Source of the DNA: Candidatus Thorarchaeota archaeon
GTDB taxonomy: Archaea; Asgardarchaeota; Thorarchaeia; Thorarchaeales; Thorarchaeaceae
Direction of reading: 5' to 3'
Assembly (NCBI GenBank): GCA_020348985.1
Contig: CP070761.1
Location: forward strand, 947,713 to 1,011,712
Length of the DNA stretch: 64,000 nt
How positions within the stretch are numbered: the stretch's first letter is position 1; each line of letters starts with the position of its first letter. Position numbers and translations under genes: made by a program. The notes below the pieces were generated by a model. It searched no databases. It saw only the letters and a program-made list of their open reading frames with translations, and had not been told where the DNA came from. This document shows positions 56,702 through 64,000 of this stretch, one piece after another.

Positions 56702-57812
56702 AGGCTAGGACCTCCTTCATGATTCTAAATGAGTCACGTGTCTTTTCTAAGTCGAACATTCCGGTCGCATTCCAGATGATGATGTGATCAAGACCTGCTT
56801 TTGCATAGTCTTCGAGCTTCTGAATGATAGTCTCGGAATCGCCACTCATGAAGAATTTCCTGGTGATTTGATCCGGAACTTGTTCAATTGCATCCAACAC
56901 AGTTGATCTATCAAAGCGCATAGGTACGTAATCGCGTAGAGCATAGAATTCTTCTCCGAAGGGGTGTTCATGACCAAGACGCTTCCATTCAGAGGAAGGA
57001 TAAAGGAGGGCATAGGCCCTTGCAAGAGGAGTCTGCATCAATCGTTCGCATTCGGATACGTCTTCGTCAAGAATGCACCAATTCCAGAGTGCAGCCGTGA
57101 AATCCCCATGTTTGTCAAGTTTCTTCCTGTGTCCCGCTATCTCTTTGAGCTTCTCACCATATTCCTTTGACGGAAGAAGTGTGGGAATCCAGCCATCACC
57201 AAATTCCGCGGCAATCTCAAGCATCTTTGGTCCGTGAGCGGCAATCCAAATCGGCGGGGGCTTGCCCTCCACCGCGGGACGTAACGACATTACCGCGTTC
57301 TTAAGCTTCCAGAATCGGCCCTCGAAATCGAATTGCTCGTGAGTCTTCCAGATGAGACGGATGATTTCGAGGGCTTCTCTCAGTTTCCCCACCTGCCCTG
57401 AATATTTCATGCCGTAAGGTTCTACGTTCTCAATCTCCCCTGCACCTATCCCGAAGATTGCACGTCCATTCGATATTTGATCTAACGTCAAGAAAGTCTG
57501 CGCAAGCAAGACTGGGTGGCGACGAAGAGGTTCAGTCACAGAAGACACCAGTTTTACTTTCTCAGTAACTACCGCGCAGGCAGACATAATGGCAGACAAC
57601 TCGAAGAAGGTGTGAGGTGATTGTTGGAATAAAGCGAGAGGCGTAATGTCAGGTGTCCAGATACTCTCGGGAACGAAACCGGCGAAGTGATCGGGAAACG
57701 CCATGGAATCGTATCCCAGTGAATCAATGGTCTTAGCGTTCTTCTGGCAGTTTTCCCAAGGCGGAAGGAAAGGTCCAGGTGCCCCTATCTTCATGTCTTT
57801 CAGGTCAGGCAT
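56688..57812 (-). CDS. LLM-class flavin/F420-dependent oxidoreductase
   Basis: PDHF, RRHPVLLAQ..TLDQISNGRAIFGIGAGE, AAHGPKML..GDGW. Confidence 0.9.
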   Translation of the reverse strand: MPDLKDMKIGAPGPFLPPWENCQKNAKTIDSLGYDSMAFPDHFAGFVPESIWTPDITPLALFQQSPHTFFELSAIMSACAVVTEKVKLVSSVTEPLRRHPVLLAQTFLTLDQISNGRAIFGIGAGEIENVEPYGMKYSGQVGKLREALEIIRLIWKTHEQFDFEGRFWKLKNAVMSLRPAVEGKPPPIWIAAHGPKMLEIAAEFGDGWIPTLLPSKEYGEKLKEIAGHRKKLDKHGDFTAALWNWCILDEDVSECERLMQTPLARAYALLYPSSEWKRLGHEHPFGEEFYALRDYVPMRFDRSTVLDAIEQVPDQITRKFFMSGDSETIIQKLEDYAKAGLDHIIIWNATGMFDLEKTRDSFRIMKEVLAYVKG

Positions 57813-57872
57813 AATCTACAGTTCACTCGGACACGAAGTAAAAGGGTGCCGGTCACAGTTTGAACCGAGACT

Positions 57873-58919
57873 CTAGTCACTTTCTTGAGTGAACACGTAT
57901 GCAATGTTTGCTCCTGTCTGCACAGCTTGTAGACTGCCAGCTGTGCCCAAAATGTCACCACAAGGATACGCCCATATGTATCCATCCACAGGAATCTTTG
58001 CTTCTTCCAGAATGTCACCATGAAGGTTGTAGATTTCAGCGAATACTTCACCCTCTTTCAAGAAGTCTCCAGGAGCCCTCACGAATCTAATCAGACCACC
58101 TCTGTTTGCACGTACAACTCCTTGCCACTTGCAGACACCGGGAATGATTGGGAATCCTTCTTGTGGTTCAATCTCACCATCAATCATGTCAAAGGCTTTC
58201 ATGATGTTCAGGACTCCTCTTATCCCAGCACTTGTAGACGGTTCTGATATCCATCGACCATCGATTAACTCAAGCAGAATGGCGGGTTTGCCATGTTTTG
58301 CTGCAAGGTTTACCAGCGTTGGAGGTCCGTCTTCGTTGAATGGTGTGCCGTCCACAATTGTGGTGACACCAAATGCCTTGGCCATTTTCCAAAGGTCATC
58401 TCTCGTCTTTGGATTGCCAGTCAGAATCTTTTGAAAGATGAGCGAATCAGGTCTCGTATTGCAATGAAAGTTGAGAATCATATCAGCCTTAATCCATGCC
58501 TCATTCCACAAAGCATGTGCAAGCCTTTCAGTTGCAGTTCCATCAGGTTTGTCTACAGTGAGTGGACTGGCGCTTCCTCCACCGCCGGGGTCTTGGTTGT
58601 CTATCCATGATAGATATTGGCTATGCATGTATGCCAATGGATTCTCAACAGGAATCCCAATCAGGGCACCTCTGAGAGCCTTCGAGTCCACCTTCTCTCT
58701 CATCACTTTGATGATGACCTCAGCACCCTGAATCTCAGTCCCATGTTGAGTAGAAACCATGAGAACGGTCGGACCGTCCCTAACGCCATTCATGACGAGC
58801 ACGGGGATGTCAATCCTCGTTGAATCGAAGAGCTCAACACCCTTTATGATACCTTTCTGGAGTTCACCTCTCTTCGCGGTTGCTGTACCGACTGTCAGTT
58901 CATTTGGAATCTTGAACAT
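57873..58919 (-). CDS. Succinylglutamate desuccinylase/aspartoacylase family protein
   Basis: GPT..QHGTEIQG, NFH; C-terminal barrel-sandwich domain. Confidence 0.88.
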   Translation of the reverse strand: MFKIPNELTVGTATAKRGELQKGIIKGVELFDSTRIDIPVLVMNGVRDGPTVLMVSTQHGTEIQGAEVIIKVMREKVDSKALRGALIGIPVENPLAYMHSQYLSWIDNQDPGGGGSASPLTVDKPDGTATERLAHALWNEAWIKADMILNFHCNTRPDSLIFQKILTGNPKTRDDLWKMAKAFGVTTIVDGTPFNEDGPPTLVNLAAKHGKPAILLELIDGRWISEPSTSAGIRGVLNIMKAFDMIDGEIEPQEGFPIIPGVCKWQGVVRANRGGLIRFVRAPGDFLKEGEVFAEIYNLHGDILEEAKIPVDGYIWAYPCGDILGTAGSLQAVQTGANIAYVFTQESD

Positions 58920-58944
58920 CTCCTATGCTAGTGTAGTACTGGAT

Positions 58945-60126
58945 CTAATCGCATTTCTCTGCAAAGCAGACAAGAGCGGCTCTTACACTGTCAAAGTCTT
59001 TCACTGCAAGCCATTCGTCTAGACCATGAAAGGACCCATCTGTGGCAATTGTCCCGTAACATGCTGTGGGAATCCCAACTGATGTGAAGAAGTGACCATC
59101 GTTTCCGCCCAAATCTGCGCTAATCGGCAAATCCGGATCAACTACCTCCTTAACTGCGGCATGGAGAGCTTGAATGAACTTGTCTTCTTTGTCAGAACCC
59201 CAACCGTGAACCTTCATTGTAATCTCCAGAGACGCATCGACACCCGTTTCTTCTTTGGCTTTCTCTAGAAACGATTCGATATCCTTCGCAATATCTTCAG
59301 GATCTTCTTCTGGGATAAGTCTGCAATCAAACGTGATATCTGCCGTCCCTGGTATGACATTCGATTTTGAGCCGGCCTTATAGACAGTCATGGAGAAGCG
59401 GCCCCAGAGATTCTCGTAAGGGCTCCCAGGTGGTGCAGGATACTCTGACGTGACTTTCCGCCGAACGTCAACGTAGTCTAACATACAGTCCAAAAGTGGA
59501 ATGCTGAGATGTATTGCATTTGCGAAAGCAAAGGGATACCCTGCGTGTCCTTGCTGTCCATGAACAGTGATCTTTCCTGCCAAAACACCGCTAGCACCGA
59601 TACTGACGTATTCTGGTCCACTATCAACTACTATGCCGAATTCGCCGCGCACTTTTGGTGGACCATTGATGAGATAGTCTATGCCATAAACGCCACCTAT
59701 CTCTTCATTTGGAGAGAGGAGTAGTTTCAGATTGATCTTGGAAGTGCCCTTCTTCGCCAGTTCCTTGGCCGCGCTCACGGCGGCCACAATATTGCCCTTG
59801 TTGTCAGTGACTCCGCGACCGTAAAGCTTCTCTCCTTCGTCAGTGAGCTTGAATGGTGGTCTAGTCCAACCTTCAGCGTCGCCCGCGGGGACTACATCAT
59901 AGTGCATACATAGCAAGACAGTCTCTTTTGCACCGACGTCCAACGTGGCCACAACATTGGGCTGAGGGATGTCATCATGCTTTGAGTCGAAGATCTCGAC
60001 CTTAAGTCCCGCTTCTTCACAGTACCTTGTAATGACATCCGCGCACTCAGTGTAGTTCTTCTTCTCTTCACTATTGGTGTCCAATTCCACAATCTCTTTC
60101 AAAAACCGCTTGTCCCAATCGTCCAT
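58945..60126 (-). CDS. M20 metallopeptidase (DapE/ArgE family)
   Basis: HYDVVP, YGRGVTDNKG, EEIGG, GHAG, GGND, HGLDE. Confidence 0.92.
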   Translation of the reverse strand: MDDWDKRFLKEIVELDTNSEEKKNYTECADVITRYCEEAGLKVEIFDSKHDDIPQPNVVATLDVGAKETVLLCMHYDVVPAGDAEGWTRPPFKLTDEGEKLYGRGVTDNKGNIVAAVSAAKELAKKGTSKINLKLLLSPNEEIGGVYGIDYLINGPPKVRGEFGIVVDSGPEYVSIGASGVLAGKITVHGQQGHAGYPFAFANAIHLSIPLLDCMLDYVDVRRKVTSEYPAPPGSPYENLWGRFSMTVYKAGSKSNVIPGTADITFDCRLIPEEDPEDIAKDIESFLEKAKEETGVDASLEITMKVHGWGSDKEDKFIQALHAAVKEVVDPDLPISADLGGNDGHFFTSVGIPTACYGTIATDGSFHGLDEWLAVKDFDSVRAALVCFAEKCD

Positions 60127-60207
60127 GGAGCCTTCTCTCCATCCAGATTAGTCCCACTGGGAGCTATCTCATAGATTAGTCTTATCTTTCAGCGGGAAAG
60201 AGGTGAT

Positions 60208-61014
60208 CTAGATCTGACAAGTCTGGCAGTAGTTCGTCTTGAAACGATTGGCTCTGACTTCCGAAATTCGCCCACCACAGAGAGGACAAACCCCTCCGCC
60301 TTTTCCATGAATCATTAGAAAGTTCCTCTTCTCTGAACTGAACTCTGACAGCTCTCTCTGAGTCATGAGATCAAGGTACTTCGCGAGAACTTTCTTCATT
60401 GATTGATAGAGGGATTCCACTTCTACCTCCGATAGTGTTGACCTTCTCCTAAAAGGATGGATTCCAGCGTACAGCAGTATCTCATCCGCATACGCGTTTC
60501 CGATGCCCTTTACGAAACTCTGATTTCTGAGCACGTTTTTGATTTGCCCTCTGCGTCGCTTGAGCCTCAACGTGAATTCTTTAAGAGTTAGTTCAGAATC
60601 CAGGGGCGAAGGTCCACGTCCCTCAAAACCAGCGACATCTGAAAAGTCGTTTCCTCGTATCAGATAGACACGACTCATTTGCTTTCGGTCTCTGTACCAT
60701 AAGACCGTGGATTCCATTTGAAGAGAGAAGATGTCAGTCTTCCCGGGGGCCCTACCAGCATTATAGACCCAAAAGCGTCCAGCGAGCATAGGATTCACCA
60801 CAATCTTGACCCCACCGCTAAGATTGAACAATAGAAATTTCCCGTCAGCTTTGACTGAATTGAGCTTCTTACCTATGATGCCAGCCTCAAACTCGAGAGC
60901 TTCAATACCATGAATCACTAAATGATTATATACTGCCACATTCTGAATCACTTTGTCCCCGAAGTTCTCTGTCAGGCGGATGGCAATGATTTCAAGCTCA
61001 GGAAGTTCGGGCAT
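60208..61014 (-). CDS. Fpg/Nei family DNA glycosylase
   Basis: N-terminal MPELPE, GKF, H2TH GIGNAYADEIL, Zn finger CPLCG...CQTCQ. Confidence 0.92.
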   Translation of the reverse strand: MPELPELEIIAIRLTENFGDKVIQNVAVYNHLVIHGIEALEFEAGIIGKKLNSVKADGKFLLFNLSGGVKIVVNPMLAGRFWVYNAGRAPGKTDIFSLQMESTVLWYRDRKQMSRVYLIRGNDFSDVAGFEGRGPSPLDSELTLKEFTLRLKRRRGQIKNVLRNQSFVKGIGNAYADEILLYAGIHPFRRRSTLSEVEVESLYQSMKKVLAKYLDLMTQRELSEFSSEKRNFLMIHGKGGGVCPLCGGRISEVRANRFKTNYCQTCQI

Positions 61015-61111
61015 TTGAAACACCATGTGGACTTCGATATTTCTCCAAGCCGTTCAAGGCGAACATTAGTCTTATTTGGTTTCCTTCGAATGTAATAGCT
61101 AGGTAGGACAC

Positions 61112-61303
61112 GTGGTCGATATTTGGATTCCACTAGTTGCGATACTCGTTACTGTGGTTCTGATCTATCTGATGATCCCCCGAAAGAGAATCAGGGGATA
61201 TCACGATCTCCGTGAGAAGTCGTCGTATGAGCTCGAAAGAAGAGTTGAAATCGACCGCGAGATAGACAGAGCCGAGAGAAGGTATGGTTTCAGAAGAGGC
61301 TAG
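61112..61303 (+). CDS. Small signal-anchored membrane protein
   Basis: N-terminal TM followed by an R/E-rich helix; 63 aa. Confidence 0.55.
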   Translation: MVDIWIPLVAILVTVVLIYLMIPRKRIRGYHDLREKSSYELERRVEIDREIDRAERRYGFRRG

Positions 61304-61341
61304 AACGGTCAGATGAACACAGTAGGCACACGCTTAACTTA

Positions 61342-61365
61342 AGTCCGGTTCTAATGAACCGGACT
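61342..61365. promoter_or_regulatory. Perfect 10-bp inverted repeat immediately upstream of the gelsolin ATG (putative operator)
   Basis: AGTCCGGTTC-TAAT-GAACCGGACT ends 2 nt before ATG 61368; AT-rich CTTAACTTAA lies just upstream. Confidence 0.55.
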
Positions 61366-61367
61366 CT

Positions 61368-61964
61368 ATGACCGAACCTACAGTTTTCCACATCCAGAAA
61401 GGCAACCTAGTAAGAATGGTGGACCCTGGAGCATTTGGAAGAGGGGACTGCTATCTAGTCGACGCAGGAATGAAGCTGTACATATGGATTGGTCCCAACA
61501 GCTCGGTCGACGAGAAGTTCTTGGCTGCAGCGGAAGCAGTCTTTCGAGATACGGCACTGAAGGGCGATGCAGACATTGATCACATTGATGGTGGAGATGA
61601 ACCCGAAGAGTTCAAGGCACTCTTTGACGACTTCAAACTCACGGATGAGGATACAGAAGGGATTCTGAAGAAGGTCCAGCTAGAGAAACGGGAACACAAA
61701 CTCTGGCGTGTTCATCATGAAGGTGATGACACGTTCTTTGCAGAGGTCCCTATGGCACGTGAGTCCCTCAGGAGCGACGATGTCTTCATCTTAGACACGT
61801 TCGATGACATCTTCGTCTGGCGCGGGGCTGAGGCAAGTGCCCGCGAGAAGTTTGACGCAACTATGATTGCACGTAGGTACGATGCGGAAAGAGTGGGCGT
61901 CCAAGAGATTGAACTGATAGAAGAGGGGAGTGAACCACAGGACTTCCTAGACCTGCTTGGATAA
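61368..61964 (+). CDS. Two-domain gelsolin-family protein (Asgard 2DGel type)
   Basis: Two gelsolin repeats: GDCYLVD...IWIGPNSS.DEK...GDEPEEF and SLRSDDVFILD...VWRG..AS.REK...EGSEPQDF. Confidence 0.9.
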   Translation: MTEPTVFHIQKGNLVRMVDPGAFGRGDCYLVDAGMKLYIWIGPNSSVDEKFLAAAEAVFRDTALKGDADIDHIDGGDEPEEFKALFDDFKLTDEDTEGILKKVQLEKREHKLWRVHHEGDDTFFAEVPMARESLRSDDVFILDTFDDIFVWRGAEASAREKFDATMIARRYDAERVGVQEIELIEEGSEPQDFLDLLG

Positions 61965-61970
61965 TACTGC

Positions 61971-63395
61971 TCACAGCACCATCCGGTATCTCCCAGGACG
62001 CGGCTCATATACTACACCTGCACTTTTCATGTCGGAGAGAGTCTTTGCCGCCTCATGAGTCTGGACATTGGCCTCTCTTGCGATCTCGTCAAGTGTAGGT
62101 CCCAAGGAACCTCTTTTTCCTGTGTCTAGCCTTTCTAGCGCACGCCACACCTTTGAGTTGAACTCATGTAGGCGAGCAGAGTTCCCATACTTTTGAATTG
62201 AGTCCGCTTTGAACTGTGACAGTTCGATGAACTCCTTGAGAGCAGGTTCTAGTACACGATTCCAAGACGCTTGCAAATCCTTGGAAGTAACCTTGTCCCT
62301 CCATCCTGCTCGTGCTGAAGATCTGGCAATTCTGAGGGTACTGAGCGGCCGGCCCAACGAGTCTGCGTCCAACAGTCCACCTCTACCTAGAACAATCTCA
62401 TCAAAACCAAAGCTCTCTCTGAGAATATCTATGCGGGAGATTACGTGTTTCGTAGCGGAATCGACCGATCGCGATGCGACTGCAGGATTCAGCATATGAC
62501 TAGTGATGACCGCTTTGATAATCGGAAGCCTTAGCTCTTGGGCGTTGCTACTTTCGACCCAGAAATCCTCCGCTGCTAGTGCGAGAGGCACATCAGGAAG
62601 TGTCGCCGTCGTTGTAGTCGTCAATGCCGCTATTGAGACCTCGGAGAATCCGGCAGAATCTATTCGTTCAACGCAAGGTTTGAACATGTCCGCCTTGGAG
62701 AGCTGTCCTATCTCAAATCGCCAACTTCGATTTGATAGAACAGGGATTCCACCGACTATCCGTGTGGTCCTGCTCCTACGGCGTAGAGCAGGCGGTAGAA
62801 TGTTCCTCATGAAGGAGAGCAGTCTCTGAACCTGTGGACGGGATGCAATCGCTTGAATTCCTGCCGTCATCCCACCAATGTGTCCTTCATATGGCGGACT
62901 TGAAACAAAGAGTCGTGCAAAGACTCTCTTGCTTGCCTCGGCCATGCCCACATGCTCAAAGAGCAGACTGGAGAGTTGCCTGAGTCCTAGAGGAGGATCA
63001 ATCTCGGACAGAACATCAACAGGTAACATTTCGATCGATTCGACAAGGAATGCCCTCTGTAATCCTATCTCGGACAAAGAGATACTGTTGGCAAGGACTT
63101 CAACGCGAGCACCGTCAGGGGGATGGTTGATGCCTTCCGTGAGGTATAGAAAGACTCCACCGTGCATCCAAGGGCTGGGAGTCAACAGCACTATCGACCT
63201 ATTCCTAGTTTGGCGAGCAAATCCGCGTAGTCGATATGAGCGACCGCCTGCTCTATCTATGAATTGGCGCTGATATCGTAGCTCCCACGATGCCAGCTGG
63301 GCGCCGAACTCTCTGTCAAACAGATCGCTTGAAGCGATAACATCGCCCAGTCTGTCTCTGGTCATGTCTTTGGAGAGCAAGCGATCATTGTCCAT
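61971..63395 (-). CDS. Divergent MCM-like protein lacking ATPase motifs
   Basis: OB-like segment PPDGARVEV, lid-like GRPLSTLRIARSSAR...VTSKD, C-terminal WH GVVYEPRPGRY. Confidence 0.55.
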   Translation of the reverse strand: MDNDRLLSKDMTRDRLGDVIASSDLFDREFGAQLASWELRYQRQFIDRAGGRSYRLRGFARQTRNRSIVLLTPSPWMHGGVFLYLTEGINHPPDGARVEVLANSISLSEIGLQRAFLVESIEMLPVDVLSEIDPPLGLRQLSSLLFEHVGMAEASKRVFARLFVSSPPYEGHIGGMTAGIQAIASRPQVQRLLSFMRNILPPALRRRSRTTRIVGGIPVLSNRSWRFEIGQLSKADMFKPCVERIDSAGFSEVSIAALTTTTTATLPDVPLALAAEDFWVESSNAQELRLPIIKAVITSHMLNPAVASRSVDSATKHVISRIDILRESFGFDEIVLGRGGLLDADSLGRPLSTLRIARSSARAGWRDKVTSKDLQASWNRVLEPALKEFIELSQFKADSIQKYGNSARLHEFNSKVWRALERLDTGKRGSLGPTLDEIAREANVQTHEAAKTLSDMKSAGVVYEPRPGRYRMVL

Positions 63396-63488
63396 GCCTT
63401 GATTTCACAACCCTATACTTCGTTCTACATCGTTGTTCCTGTAAAAGGCTTCTAAAGGCCGTATGGAGGTGTTCACAACCGGCACAAT

Positions 63489-64000
63489 CTAGGTTTGCCT
63501 CAACTCTTCGAATCGATGACAACGAACCCAGTATCCTGATTCGACTTCCCGATACTCAGGGACTTCTTCCTTACAGATTTCTGAAGTGTGTTCACATCTT
63601 GTTTGAAAGACACACCCGGAGGGAAGATCTACTGGATTTGGAGGAGGACCAGTTATGCCCCGAAGACGTTGTCCCTTCTCCTTCATACGTCTAATCATTT
63701 CCATTGTCGGGAACGCCATCAGAAAGGCCTCTGAAAATGGATGGCCAGGCTCATTGAGGACACGTGATGTATCGCCATATTCGACAATATGACCGCCAGT
63801 CATGACAGCAATCTTGTCAGCAGTCTCAGCGACAACGGCCCGGTTGTTGCTAATTACCAAGAAGGAAAGGCCCATCTCTTCCTTTGCGATTCTCAGTGCG
63901 TCAAGTATCCATCTCTGTACGGTTGAATCAACAGCCGTCGTTGGTTCATCAGCGATGACCAAAGAGGGATTTGGAATCAAAGCCATGGCAGTAAGCATTC
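63489..64000 (-). CDS. Oligopeptide/dipeptide ABC ATP-binding protein (partial)
   Basis: IADEPTTAVD, HPF, GCVFQTRC...VRCH; runs off the window end. Confidence 0.88.
   Translation of the reverse strand, partial: MLTAMALIPNPSLVIADEPTTAVDSTVQRWILDALRIAKEEMGLSFLVISNNRAVVAETADKIAVMTGGHIVEYGDTSRVLNEPGHPFSEAFLMAFPTMEMIRRMKEKGQRLRGITGPPPNPVDLPSGCVFQTRCEHTSEICKEEVPEYREVESGYWVRCHRFEELRQT

Noticed and set aside
51023-64000. Integrated element at tRNA-Ser
   Set aside because: No integrase and no duplicated tRNA 3' end seen; downstream genes are housekeeping or metabolic.

Overview
This is a 64 kb core-genome window from an archaeon, very probably an Asgard archaeon of Thorarchaeia type. That assignment is inferred from the combination of a two-domain gelsolin, a roadblock protein, a longin-like domain fused to a small GTPase, Yip1, a Get3-like ATPase, SelB/SepSecS, GGGP synthase, and archaeal r-proteins, TFB and Rpo12. 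The window holds an overlapping selB-SepSecS gene pair and a mixed housekeeping block (endA, uppP, Get3-like ATPase, rpo12, sui1, tfb, map, GGGPS, mobA, hypD). It also holds the large r-protein cluster rpl22 to rpl15-secY, then adk-EMC3-rpl34e-cmk-rpl14e-cbf5, RNase P RNA, tsr3, tiaS, rps13-rps4-rps11, an intron-containing tRNA-Ser(GGA), and metabolic and repair genes. No rRNA, CRISPR array or transposase was seen. The most notable observations are: (1) an apparently ATPase-dead MCM-like paralog next to the gelsolin gene; (2) an unannotated 32-aa transmembrane micro-ORF starting 1 nt after the Get3-like ATPase; (3) a ~3.8 kb accessory insertion between secY and adk with two clean in-frame TGA interruptions and two tiny paralog-like ORFs; (4) a stand-alone TFIIB/cyclin-fold protein; (5) an Hsp20 gene embedded in the spc operon; (6) a structured ~190-nt leader ahead of rpl22; and (7) a perfect palindrome just upstream of the gelsolin start codon. 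All family assignments come from motif recognition by eye; no searches were run.
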